A DNA stretch of 64,000 nt from Blastocladiella emersonii ATCC 22665 (lineage: Eukaryota > Fungi > Blastocladiomycota), in NCBI GenBank assembly GCA_025594325.1, contig JANHCV010000010.1, forward strand, positions 124,001 through 188,000, written 5' to 3'. Made by a program: the position numbers and the translations under genes. The notes below the pieces were generated by a model. It was not told the origin of the DNA. It worked only from the letters and a program-made list of their open reading frames with translations, and searched no databases. How positions within the stretch are numbered: the first letter of the stretch is position 1; each line of letters opens with the position of its first letter. Positions 10,339 through 22,049 of this stretch are shown here, piece after piece.

Positions 10339-11359
10339 ATGCGGCGCAACGTCGGGATTGCGGGGCTCCAGCGTGCCGCGCAGCAGCGTGTACGCCGTGT
10401 CAGTCAGTGGCCTGGGAAACGCGCGCTGCTCACTCCGACGTGAGGTGGCGTAGGAGCAATTCCGCGACATGGGCGACCGGATGGCGGCGCAGCAGCTGGA
10501 GCAGCTCAAGACGCACATGGCGACGTTCAAGGCGAGCCTCGAGACGTTTGCGACGCAGTACCGGCGCGAGATTGCCGAGAACGCGGCGTTCCGGCTCAAG
10601 TTCCAGCAGATGTGTGCGGCGATCGGCGTCGACCCGCTGGCGTGTGCGTACGCTGGTTCTACGGACGAGGCGCGATCCTGACGTGTGTGATGGACGAGTA
10701 GCGCGCAAGGGATACTGGGGCGAGGCGCTGAGCGGCATGCACGACTTCTACTACGACCTGAGCGTGCGCGTCATCGAGATCTGCCTCGCGCTGCGCGACC
10801 GGGTGGGGCCGCTCGTGCCCCTCGGATCTGTGCTCGAGCAGCTCAACGGGTCGACGCGGGCGGCGGCGGACCGGATCACCGAGTACGCGCGTCGCATATC
10901 CGAAGCGGATCAGTTCCCTGCTGACCCGATCCAACCGTGTAGCGACGACGTGCAGCGCGCCATCGACCTCCTCGGTCCACTGGGCGCGGGGTACTCGGTG
11001 GCGCGACTCGGCCCGCAGCCCGTGGTGGTGACGGTGCCGCGCGAGCTCAACCCGGATGTGACGCGCGTCGCGCTGCGGCTGCAGGAACCGTGCGGGCCCG
11101 CCGACGACACGCGGTACCCCGAGTGGACGGCGGTGGCCATGGCGCGTGACCAAGGATGGACCGACGAGCGCGCTGAGCTGTGCCTGGTACGCTAGCTCAT
11201 CGGGATCGCTGCCCTCACCGCTCCAACTGACGCCTATCGACACGGGTCTAGGAGCTGCTCGTCGCCGAGGAGGTCGTGTGGGTCGACGACCACGTCGACG
11301 CGGGCACACGGCCTCTGCGGACGTACCACTACTTTGCCGCGTCGGTGCTACTTCCGTGA
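10339..11359 (+). CDS. SNF8: ESCRT-II subunit Snf8/Vps22/EAP30; exons 10339-10389, 10454-10643, 10702-10882, 10943-11186, 11252-11359
   Basis: MRRNVGIAGL..., FQQMCAAIGVDPLASRKGYW, DFYYDLSVRVIEIC, DDVQRAIDLLGPLG.GY, VPRELNPD, VWVDD; four in-phase GT-AG introns. Confidence 0.95.
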
Positions 11360-11840
11360 CAAGCTTTTTAGCGCGCGGCCCCCTTCAGGAAAGACCGTGC
11401 AGGAAACATCGGGCCGCGCGATGCCCGAGATCAAAGGACAGAATTTGAGTCGGTGGCGTCGGGTGATGCGGCGTGACGCAAAGGGGAGGACGCGAAGGGG
11501 AGCTCGCCGCTGCGCACCTGCGAGTTCGGAACTCTGGAGCACTCGAAGCGTGAAGGGAAAGCAGAGGACGGAAATAAATGTAACTCACGGCAAACACTTC
11601 GTTATGAGGTCTCCGACTGTGAGCCGCGACGACGGGGGTGGTCGGCGTGGGGTGCTGGAGTCACGGCCGCGCCGGCCACGGTCGCGGTGGGCTCGATGGA
11701 CGTCTGCGGGCCTCGGAGCGGGTCGAAGAGACAGCTCGGGATGCACCTCATGTGTGGGAAGCGATGGTAGCGCGGGCAGCAAGTTCGGGCTGAGCGTGGT
11801 AAGTGGGGAGGCCGCGAGCGCTCGTGGCGAGGCGCGCGGC

Positions 11841-12010
11841 GAGTGCAGCTTGAACGTGATGAACGGGAGGGTATGAGCGCCTGCGGCGCGGTTCGACAGC
11901 GATTGCAGCTCGAGCGTGATGAGCAGAAGGGTGTGCGCGCCTGCGGCGTGACTCCACAGTGATCGCACCTTGAGCGTGATGAGCGGGAGGGTGTGAGCGC
12001 CTGTGGCGAA
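11841..12010. repeat. Degenerate 60-bp tandem repeat, about 3 copies
   Basis: Units start at 11841, 11901 and 11961: ga.tgca.ct.ga.cgtgatga.c.g.agggt.tg.gcgcctg.ggcg. Confidence 0.85.
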
Positions 12011-12190
12011 GCCACGTTAGAGACGATCCTGTGTGATGGGAGGGAAACTGGGAATAGCGCATGGCGACAGCGGACGTACGGCGGAAAGGGGCAGCTCGCG
12101 CGCGTTGCGAAGTAACAGAAGGGATGATGGCGCGAGAGACGACGTCCAGCTATTGACGCGGGGATGCGGGCAGCGGCTACGCAGCAACAA

Positions 12191-12890
12191 CGGCAGCGGG
12201 AAGGTGATCGCCGACCAAGCGCCTGCGGCGATGATTGACGTACGGAGCTGATTGATGGTTTGGTCGTTGGTTATGGTCTTCAGGATTGAGCGAAGCGGAA
12301 GGAATGGTCGGGAGACGCGTCGTGTTTCAGACGCGGCCGCCACGGCACCTTGGAGACGACTGACTGTTGCAACGCGGCGCCACACGATAAGCGCACCTCA
12401 ATACTCCAAAGAGGCAGAGGGATTATAACTAATATCATATCAGGGCCAGCCGCAAGCGAGCACCTTGGCGGCCAGCGATCAAGGGTACGGCTATGAAGCG
12501 ACGTGTCGCGCTGATCGCCTTCGCCGCGGCATGCGCCGCGGATCGTCAAAGACGGCGGAAGAGTGATCGCTGACTTTGCGCCTGCGGCGAGGATCTACGG
12601 TTGGAGTTGAGTAATGGAATGGTCGTCGGTTATGTTCGCCAGGATCGAGTGGAGAAGAGGGACCTGGTCGCGGGGACGCGTCGTGTTTCAGCCGCGGCCG
12701 CCACGCTTCCTTGGAGACGGCGCGGCGCTGGACGCGAAGCGCATCGCGAAAGTCCAAGGAGGGAAAGGGATCGTAACGATTAGCATCAGGGCCAGCCGCG
12801 AGTGGACTCTCTGGCGGCCGGCGACCAAGGATACGGCCGTGAAGCAACGGTCCGCGCTGTTCGCCCTCGCTTCGGCATGCGCCGAGGCTC
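12191..12890. repeat. Degenerate ~350-360-bp tandem duplication (2 copies)
   Basis: Anchors at offset ~346-361: gtgatcgc 12204/12563, gacgcgtcgtgtttcag 12314/12675, atcagggccagccgc 12439/12785, ggcatgcgccg 12528/12874. Confidence 0.85.
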
Positions 12891-13246
12891 AACGAACGTT
12901 TGAGCCCACGGGAAACCGCGAACTGGAGCCGCGAGAGCCGACTTGCCTCGCAGAAAAGCTGGGCGACGTCGGCGACCGTGAGATACGTACGCACGCACGC
13001 GCGACGGCAAGCACGACGACGATTCGGAACGGCACGCACGCCATGACCCATCCAGCGCGATCAAAACCCAAACCGAACACCGTGAAGCGATCGACCTGGA
13101 GCGGCCGCCACGCGAAGAGCGACACCGAAGGCTCGTAGACGCACGTAAACGCGGGATCACGGTGCAGGGTCAACGCGCGACCGCCGAAACTCGCAGGCTG
13201 GGACCGACCGCGCGCCGTTGCGAGGGCCGACTGCGGGAACCCCTGC

Positions 13247-13570
13247 CACTTCTTGCCCACATCTAAAGAGCGACCCTTGCACAGCGCCAACGTTGCATCA
13301 GCCGTAAGAAAGCAGCCGTACGCAGACCAAGGGTGTAGCGGGCCGAGGGACGGCGCGCGCTTCGCACGCGGTCGCGCTACCGCACGACGAAACGACGCGA
13401 GGGGCAAGCACTGACCCACTCCCCGCCCACATCTAAAGAGCGACCCTTGCACCGCGCCCACGCTGCATCGCCCGCGAGAGAGCAGCCGTACGCAGACCAA
13501 AGGAGAGATCGACCGAGGGACGGCGCGCGTGCGCTTCGCGCTCGCGGTCGCGCTGACGCGCGACGAACAG
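13247..13570. repeat. Degenerate 170-bp tandem duplication (2 copies)
   Basis: atctaaagagcgacccttgcac at 13261 and 13431; agcagccgtacgcagaccaa and ccgagggacggcgcgcg also repeat at 170-bp spacing. Confidence 0.9.
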
Positions 13571-14706
13571 ACGACACCACGTAGCGACGACGCCATGATA
13601 CGTTGATCGACATGAGGAGATACATTGCAAGTTGCTGGGAGAGCGAGAGAGGGAGAGCGACGATCGGCAGAGAGAGAGCGCCGAGGTCGAGGGAAGCGCC
13701 GAGGTGGAGAGAAAAAAACAAAAGAACGCTGGACGGTGATTGGCCGAGCACCAGGCAGCCATAGTTTAGCCAGGAAAAGCCGCTGCAAGGCGACGCCGAA
13801 GTCACGCGACTGACCGACCAATGAAATGGCGGGATGCTCTTCAGGAGGTGGCGTGAATTGAGGGACGGCGGCTAGAGTAATTGTAGGACGCTCTCACCAT
13901 CAGATCCTCGCGCGCACGACGCGTCGCGCCCGCCTGCGAGTGATGCCATGGCTTCCCCGCACTTGCGCGCGCGTTTGCTCGCGGTGGCGGCGGCGGCGGT
14001 TGCTTGTGTTTCAAGCGTTCCGGGAACTCACGCGCGGACCGGCACGGTGGACGGGATCGCGTGGGTCCACCTTCGCCGACGCCGTCATCGAGGAAATGAA
14101 TTGAATTTCGTGTGGGGTGTGCGCGTTGACGCTGGCTGGCCCGACCGACGCGACGACGTTGACGACGAGGGCAGAGCGTGAGGGTGAGGGCTGATCATAG
14201 AATTCATCACGCGCGTGACGTGGGCGGCGGAGCGGCCCACAGCCGCGCAGCCGACCTCGCCGCCGACCCCGTCCCCCGCGCGCAACTTGGTGCATTCCGC
14301 CCGTCACACGATCGCCCGCACGTCGCTGGACCCGGCCATGATCCCCCTCGCGTCCGCCCCGGCCGCCGCCGTCCCCGCGCGGCAGTGGGCCGCGTCCCTC
14401 GCCGCTTCCGCCCTCCGCCGCCCCGTGCCAGCACCCATGACGATGGCCGGCGTCGGTGGCGCTGCCGCCCTCGATGCCTTGCATTCGCGCGGCGCCACCG
14501 CCGCTCCGCTTGTCCTTGTCCTTGTCCCTGACGTGCAGCGCTGCGCTGGGCGTCGGGTTCAGCCGGGCCAGGCGAAGCTGTTTGATTCGTTGGCGCTCCG
14601 CCACTTCCGCCGCGGCCTCGGACCCGCCTGTTTCTTTTCAGCTGCCCGCCCGGCGCCGCCGCCCCCGCCGCCCTCGCCGCCCGCGAGTGATGCAGTCGTC
14701 GCCGGC

Positions 14707-14716
14707 CGTATAAAGC
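14707..14716 (+). promoter_or_regulatory. Probable TATA box (TATAAAG) of the glycerol kinase gene
   Basis: gtataaagct ~180 bp upstream of ATG 14887 in GC-rich DNA; same gtataaagct occurs near 24250. Confidence 0.5.
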
Positions 14717-14886
14717 TGGCCGGCGCCCGCGCGGGTCCCCGCTCCTCTGCCCTCGCCACGCATAGAAGCAGCCCCCACAGCCGCGCCAGCCTTTTCAACC
14801 GTCCCAACTTAGACGGCTGCCCGCGTGCTCCCACTGCCAGCCCTCTCCTCGTCCCCGTCGCTCGCGCTCCCGCCCGCGCCCGCACC

Positions 14887-16880
14887 ATGACCACCACCGC
14901 CGCCAACTCGTCCGCGGCTCCCGCTCCCCGCCCCAAGAAGTCGTCGCCGCTCGCCCGCCTGTTCAAGAAGCTCCTCGGCTCGTCCTCCTCGTCCTCCAAC
15001 TCCGCCGCCATGAAGACCCGCCGCCTGTCCGCCGCCCCGACCTCGCACGACAACACGGCCGCCGCCGGCGCCAAGGTGTACAAGAAGTCGCCCCCCGCCG
15101 ACGGCGTCTACCTCTCGGCCATCGACCAGGGCACCACCTCGTCGCGCTTCATCGTCTTCGACACCACCGGCGCCATTGTCGCCGTCCACCAGCTCGAGTT
15201 CGACCAGGTGCACATTCACGCCGGATGGACTCAGCATGTTCCGACCGACATCCTGAACACGGTGACGACGTGTGTGGAAGAGGTGGTGAAGGGGATGAAG
15301 GCGGCCGGCCTCGACCCGACCATGATCAAGTCGGTCGGCATCACCAACCAGCGCGAGACGACCGTTGCCTGGGACTCGGAGACCGGCAAGGCTCTCTACG
15401 ACGCCATCGTCTGGCACGATACCCGCACCCAGGCCGTCGTCGACCGCCTGATCGCCAAGACGCCCTTGGCCACCAAGGAGCACTTCCAGGAGCACATTGG
15501 TCTCCCGCTCACCACCTACTTCTCGGCCTCCAAGATGGTCTGGATGCTCGAGAACGTCGACGCCGTCAAGGAGGCCAAGGCCAAGGGCACGCTCCGCTTC
15601 GGCACCATCGACTCGTGGCTCATCTACAACCTGTCGGGCGCTGCCGACGGCGGTATCCACGGTACGCTCGCTTTCTCTCGCTCTTCCCCTCCTCCTGCGT
15701 CCCTGCCTCGGTCCCTGCGCGCCGAGCTGCGTGTTGTTGCCTGAGATGATCTCCATCTCTCGTTCGTTCATGCATCGCTCGCTCGCGCCGCACCGGCACG
15801 GGGCATGAGCCACCCGCGACGCGTCGTATGGCATGACCCGCGACTAATTCTGGCCCCGCTTCCCCCACACCCTCTCCAGTGACCGACTTCACCAACGCGT
15901 CGCGCACCATGCTGCTCGACCTGGCCGAGCGCAAGTGGTCGACGCAGATGCTCGACTTCTTCGAGATCCCGGCCTCGTCGCTGCCCACCATCGAGCCCTC
16001 GTCCAAGATCTACGCCCACGTCAAGGCCGGCGCCCTCGCCGGCGTGCCCATCTCCGGGTGCCTGGGCGACCAGCAGGCCGCGCTCGTCGGCCAGAAGTGC
16101 TTTGCCGTCGGCGAGGCCAAGAACACGTACGGCACGGGCTGCTTCATGCTGTTCAACACGGGCACCACGCCCGTCCCGTCCAAGCACGGGCTCCTGACCA
16201 CGGCCGGCTACGACATCCCGGCCCTGGGCGCGCCCACGTACGCGCTCGAGGGGTCGGTCGCCGTCGGCGGCGCCTCGGTCAAGTTCCTCCGCGACAACCT
16301 GCAGATCATCAAGGAGACGCCCGAGGTCAACGACCTCGCGGCGCAGGTCACCCACACGGGCGGCGTGTACTTTGTGCCCGCCTTCTCGGGCCTGTTCGCG
16401 CCGTACTGGCGCGACGACGCCCGCGGCGTCTTTGTCGGCATGACCAACTACACGGACCGCCGCCACATTGCGCGCGCCACGCTCGAGTGCGTCGGGTTCC
16501 AGACCCTCGACATCCTCAACGCCATGAACCAGGACTCGGGCGCGCCGCTCACGGTGCTCAAGGTCGACGGCGGCATGACCAACTCGGAGCTCGCCATGCA
16601 GCTGCAGGCCGACATTGCCGGGATCACGGTGCAGCGGCCCGCCATGCGCGAGACGACCGCCCTGGGTGCCGCCCTCGCCGCCGCCCTCGCCACCGACTCG
16701 ATCACGGTCGCCCAGCTCGCCGCCTTCAACGCCGAGGGCACCGACGAGTTCAGCCCCAAGGCCACCGCCGACAACCGCGAGCGCCGGTACCGCAAGTGGA
16801 AGAAGGCCGTCGAGCGCACCCTCAACTGGATCGACGAGGACGACGCCGCCGCCAAGGACGACGAGGTGCTCGTCGACTAA
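14887..16880 (+). CDS. GUT1: Glycerol kinase; exons 14887-15661, 15880-16880
   Basis: FGGY signatures [84 protein letters not shown]; intron joins GIHV|TDF in phase. Confidence 0.97.
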
Positions 16881-17021
16881 GTTTTACGGGATACCCCCCT
16901 CGTTGAAGGGGGGAACCTGCTTTTGTGTGCGGCCCGTGCAACCCGTGGCCGCGATCCTCCACGATCACTCTACTCTCATTTTGAATTCATTGCATGCATA
17001 TGTACTTGTAATTGTATCGTA

Positions 17022-18924
17022 TCATCCTGCTTCGTCGCCAGTATCGTTCCAGTTGCGCAGCCCCATCTTGCGCAGCCGCAGCAGCGCCTCCTTCTTGTCC
17101 TCTTCCCTCGATGACGGTGCCGGCTTGGCCGCGGCGACCGCCGCCGGCTTCTTCCCCGCCACAGCGCCGACCGCCCGCACGGGTTTCTTCGCGAGCGACG
17201 GCGGGACCATGGACACGGCGAGGATCGGCGCCGTCTGCGCCGCGGCGTCCGCGACCTCGGGTCTTGGTGGCGGTGCTTGCGTGACGACCGCCGCCGCGGC
17301 AGCAGCACGCGCGCGACGCAGCTCGGACCGCAGCGTGTTGCTCGTCTCGAGCAGCTGCTCGCGCTCCTGCAGGAGCTGCATCAGCTGCGTTGACGCGGCC
17401 GCGAGCTTGGCCTGGTACGCGTCGGCGGTCGCGGGGTCCGCGGCGGTGGGAGCAGGTGGTGGTGGTGGAGGAGGCGCTGGTTGGTGCTGGGCGGGTGGTG
17501 GTGGAGGAGGTGCGGGTACCGGTGGATACCACGGCCACGACGACGGCGGCAGCGGCGGCGGCGCGGGGTACCCGGCCGGATACCCAGCGTGAGGCGGGAC
17601 GGGGTACCCCATCATCGCATGCGGCGGCGGCGGGAACAAGTGCTGCTGCGCTTGCTGCGCGAACATGGCCTTGCGCGCGGCCGCCTCGACCTCGCCCTGG
17701 AGCTTCTTGACCTTCTCTTCCGCCGCCGCCGCGTCGCGCTCGGCGTCCCGCGCGCGGCGCTCGAGCATCGACTCGCGTGCCTGCGCCGCGTCCATTTCCG
17801 CAGCGTGCTCGCGCGCAACGCGCTCCATCTCCTCGCGCATGGCGCGGACGACGTGGACGAGCTCCTCGGTCTCGGCGCGCGCGGCCGCGAGCTCCTCCTC
17901 CCCCTCGTCGCCGCCTTCGCGCTCTGCCTGGTGGTACGCGCCACCGCCGCCGCCGCCGCCGCGCGCCTGTTCCGCTGCGACCGCGATCCGCGCCTCCGCG
18001 ATCGCGAGAACACGGTCGCGCTCGCGCGCCTCGCTGCGTAGCTCCGCGACCTCGGCGGCCCATTGCGCGCGGACCCCGCGCACCTCGTCCCTCGCGGCCT
18101 CCACGTCGCGGGTGCACGCAGCGCGGACGGCTTCGAGCTCGGCATTGAACCGCGCGCGGTCCTCGTCGCGCGCCTCGCGCACCAAGTCCGCGTCGGCCGC
18201 CAGCGCTGCGATTTCCGCGACCTTGGCCTGCATCCCCGCGAGGTCGCGCGCGAGGAGCCGGTGTGCGCGTTTCGCCGCGTCGCGTTCCGCCGTGCGCGTG
18301 GCGAGCTGCGCGGACAGGGCGTCGCGGTCGGCGCGCGCGGCGGATTCAGCGGCGCGGAGCGAGGTCAGGGCGGTTTCGGACGCGGAGAGGGAGGCCGCCG
18401 CGGCGGACAGGTCCCGCTGCAGGTCGCGCACCTGCGACTCGAGCGCGCGGCGCGTCAGCGAGGCCTGGTTGCGCGCGGCCGCCGCGTCAGAGGTCGCGGA
18501 GGCGAGGCGGGTGTCGAGGTCCGCCAGGTCCGCGCGCAGCGAGACGACGACCGGGTGAGCGTCGATGTCGAGTGCGGGTGGTGGGGTGGGCGGTTTCGAG
18601 GGGAGGGAGGCGAGCTGGCCGCGCAACGCGTCGACTTGCGCCTCGGCCGCCTCGAGCGACGCGGTGAGGTTGTCGCGCTCCTGGCACCTGGACGTCACGA
18701 ACGGGTCAGCGAGAGACGATCACGCAAGGGGACAGGGAAGCATACCCGGCCTTCCACCGGCGCTTCCACCACGCCTCACGCTCGTCGACGCGCGCGAGCT
18801 CGGCGTCGCGGTCGGCGATCAGCTTCAGGTTGAAGTCGTAGTCGACGCGGACCTGCTCGAGGACGGCGACGAGCGCGCCGCACTTGGTGCACGGTCCTGC
18901 CGTCGTCGTCGGCTCTGCTTCCAT
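17022..18924 (-). CDS. CCDC57: Coiled-coil protein resembling centriolar CCDC57; exons 18924-18746, 18687-17022
   Basis: N-terminal DYDFNLKLIADRDAELAR resembles CCDC57 DFVYNLQVLEERDLELER as recalled; long A/R/E coiled coil; C-terminal LRNWND resembles the CCDC57 RNYN end; 58-nt in-phase intron. Confidence 0.6.
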
Positions 18925-19176
18925 GGCTGTGGGTGCTGCAGCTGAAGTGGTCGATACATCGGGCGGCGGCGGAGAGCAGGGTTGTGGGGGCAGCGTCGAC
19001 AGCGGCGATTGCATGCAGTTGCGTGGGCTGGTCGCTGGGCGGATACATGGGGAGCGGTATGCTGATAGGGAACGCGTCTCGCGGCACCGCCAACGAGTGT
19101 CTCCGCGCCGGTCGCGTGCGCCCGAAACGCGGCGCGTCGCTCTTCTCCTCCTTCTCCTCTACCCCGCCAATGAATC

Positions 19177-20017
19177 ATGTCGTTCTTCATCGTCAAGTAC
19201 GGAGGTCCGACCCCACGCACTGCTTCTGTCTGCCCACGACTCCCCATCTAACGTTTGGGGACACAGACAACGAGGAGAAGCCCTTCAACACCAACTGTCT
19301 CAACACGGTGCTGCTGGGCCACATCAAGGCGTCGCTCGGCCTCGAGTTTCCCGAGCCCATTGACCTGGCCAGCGAGGCTGGCGACGAGCTCGACCTGCTG
19401 TCGCGCCCGAAAGAGTACGCGCGCAAGGCCGTCGAGCCGCGGTCCGTGTGCACGCTCGTCAAGGTCGTCAAGGGTGCGTGCGTGTGCTGCGAACGAGAGG
19501 TGTGATTGCTGCTCACTGCCGAGAGTGTAGATGAGGACGACGGATCCATCAGCTACGTCCCGCTGCACGAGAACACGGCCGCGGCGGCAGCGGCTGCGAG
19601 CGAGCGCGCGTTCAAGGTCAACGGTACACATTCTCTACCCTCTCACTGCCTCGATGCAACCCTCACAACCCGAATCTAGCCGCGCGCCGCATGACCAAGC
19701 GGCACATCCAGGTCCCGCCGAACCTCAACTCGTCGGGCGGGAGCAACACGAGCGGCGGTGGTGGCGGCGGCGGCGGCATGAGCCCGACCAAGGAGTCGAG
19801 CGACGAGCCGAAACGCGCGGCCGCGGGCGCAGGCGCGGGCGCCGCGACGGGGTCCAACAGCCTCAACGGGTCCGTCGCGGGCGTCGAGCCGAGCGGGACC
19901 GGGAGCTCGGCCCAGGTCAGCGGCGGAGCGACCGCGGCGACGGCGGTGCCACCCGCCATGGGCGGCGGCGGGGGAGGAGGGGCGGGGAAGCGCAAGGTGT
20001 CGAGTCTCGGCAAGTGA
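19177..20017 (+). CDS. CXorf65/C22orf15-family protein; exons 19177-19204, 19267-19473, 19531-19623, 19680-20017
   Basis: MSFFIVKYGDNEEKPFNTNCLNTVLLGHIK...IDLASEAG...CTLVKVVK...YVPL fits the family pattern FI.VKYG....FN.NC; three in-phase introns. Confidence 0.7.
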
Positions 20018-20055
20018 TAAATGATGTGGCAGTTGGGTTGTATGTGCAATTGGGT

Positions 20056-20887
20056 TTAGCCCATCTTGGCCTGGGAGAACTGTCGAGCGAGGGATGAGGG
20101 AGGGTGAGTCTCGGTCACGGATGTGCGGTAGAGGCGAGACATACGTCGAGCTCGGGGTGCATCTTCTTGAAATCCTCGAACATGCGCTGCTTGCGCAGCT
20201 CCTCGGACGTTGGCTTGCCCATGGCCTTTTGCTGGTTGTCCCACTGTTGACGCGTATGAGTGTCAGTCGTGCACGGACCCGAGCTCAGTCGAGTGGAAAC
20301 GCACCATCATCTTCTCGACCATCCCGCGCGTCTCGCCGTCGAGGTCGTCGAGCTTCGAGTTCTCGGGCTGGAGCTTGGTGGTGTCGATGGCGGGGTGGTG
20401 GGTCAGCACGTTCTTCCACCACTCCATCTTGTTGACCTTTTCGAGGTGCAGCACCAGCTCGCCCGACTCGACGAGCCAGGTGCTGTCGCCGAGCTTGATG
20501 GCCGAGTGCAGGTCGCCGTCCATGATGGGCTCGGGCTGGCCCTTGATCTGCACGCGCAGCTTGGCCTTGTCCATCTTGACCACCAGGTCGCGGCCCTTGG
20601 TCCCCTTGGGCAGCGCGATCGTCACGTCCACGTCCTGCAGCGTCTGGCGCCACTTGTACGGCAGCGCTATTGTTGCACCGCGCGCGGTCAGCGCTCTGCT
20701 CAACGTCACGATGCAGGTGTAGTAGCAGCGTACCAGCCTGCTCCGCCTCCTCCTTGGCGCGCGCCGCGCGGTCCGCGGCCTCGCGCTCGGCATCGGTCAT
20801 CTTGTCCTCGGGGTCCTCGAACGCGCCCGCCGGCGGGAAGCTCGGCGGCGCCGCGGCCGCGGTCATGTCGTCGGAGCCAGACATCAT
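20056..20887 (-). CDS. NUDC: Nuclear movement protein NudC (CS/p23 domain); three introns
   Basis: LPYKWRQTLQDVDVTI, LHSAIKLGDSTW, LEKVNKMEWW, IDTTKLQPENSKLDDLDGETRGMVEKMM|WDNQQKAMG, HPELD|FSQAKMG. Confidence 0.95.
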
Positions 20888-21255
20888 GGTTGCAGGGTTA
20901 CGTTGCAGTGAGTGGGGAGTCAAGTCCGCGGCGGGTATGACGGTGGGAACCGAGAGCGAGGAGGAGAAGCGGCGCGAAGGAGAAAGGAGGTCGACGCACG
21001 CCACGTGCAGGAACAGGTGACGCGTGTCTCGCGTCTCGTCGACGCGTTTCGTAGTGTCTCGCAGTGTCTCGCGGGGTCGCTCAAGAGGCCAAGCAACGTT
21101 TACAAGAGACGGGTAGTTAAATACAGATGATGACGGGCGCGAGGGCGCGCTTCCGGCGCCGGAACGTGCCTCGCGACTGCTTCAGGACCGAGCTGCCGCA
21201 ACCCACGGGTTACGAGATGAGGAGGATAATGGAGAAGGACAGGGATACGACTCAA

Positions 21256-21593
21256 TCAAAAGAACGGGTTCGCGGCCGCAGCAGCGCACGCGGCCATGCA
21301 TACGCCCTGGGCGGCGCTACACTTGGCGGCCGCGGCGAGCGTGATCGGGCTCACACCTTGGAGCGCCAAGGGTCGTGAGAGAGGTGCCTCGCCCGAACAT
21401 TTCACGCAGTCCAGAGAAAGAACGAACCAAAGACGAGCCCGGCGCCCGAGTAGCACGCCACGGCGCCCGCGTTGCACGCCGCCTGACACGAGCCAAAAAG
21501 GATGAGGCCGAACAGGCCGGCGTGAGCGGGGGCCGCGGCGAGCAGGACGAGGGCCGCGAGGGCGAGCGGGTTGACGAGCATTGCGAGCTTCAT
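21256..21593 (-). CDS. Small secreted six-cysteine protein, copy 1; exons 21593-21428, 21356-21256
   Basis: Signal peptide ending PAHA-G; CQAACNAGAVACY...CSAAQGVCMAAC; intron at the same position as in copy 2 but with an AAG acceptor; TATAAG upstream near 21651. Confidence 0.75.
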
Positions 21594-22049
21594 GGTGGTT
21601 GGATGAACCGGCAGTTAAACCTTCACGCCGAGTGGGGCCCGCGAGCGCGTCTTATACCGCCCCGCCCACGCAGCCGCGGGCTGCAGTGCCGTGGCCGAGC
21701 GCTCGCTTCACGTCCAGCACGAAGGGTGGTGGCGCAGCGAGGCCGTCCAACGTCTGTCAAGGAGCGCGTTCGCGCAACATCGCGCGGCAGAAGCAGCTCG
21801 CGTTGGTGTTTCTCGCTCAAACGGCCGAGACCGCGTGGTCGGTGGCAACCCGCTCAATCCTCTAAGCGCGACTCTCACGAGCGAGCGGTTCCAGTTCCAC
21901 TATCGTATATACAAGAAGGCGATGACAGGAGCGCGTTCCGATGACGGCAGAACGCGCTTGGAGGTCGGGTTGATGAGCGCGTAACCGGCGTGGGTTACGC
22001 GAGGCGAAGACGGCGTCGGGCTTGGTGATCGAAAAGCAGCGCGGCGAGA

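Noticed and set aside
11841-13570. Possible CRISPR-like array, snRNA or rRNA in the repeat block
   Set aside because: Units are degenerate along their whole length with no constant-repeat/unique-spacer pattern; no U1/U2/U6 or 5S signature recognised; eukaryotic context
14215-14886. 224-codon in-frame extension upstream of glycerol kinase
   Set aside because: Begins with GTG, lies across a TATA-like box at 14708 and is low-complexity; probably non-coding
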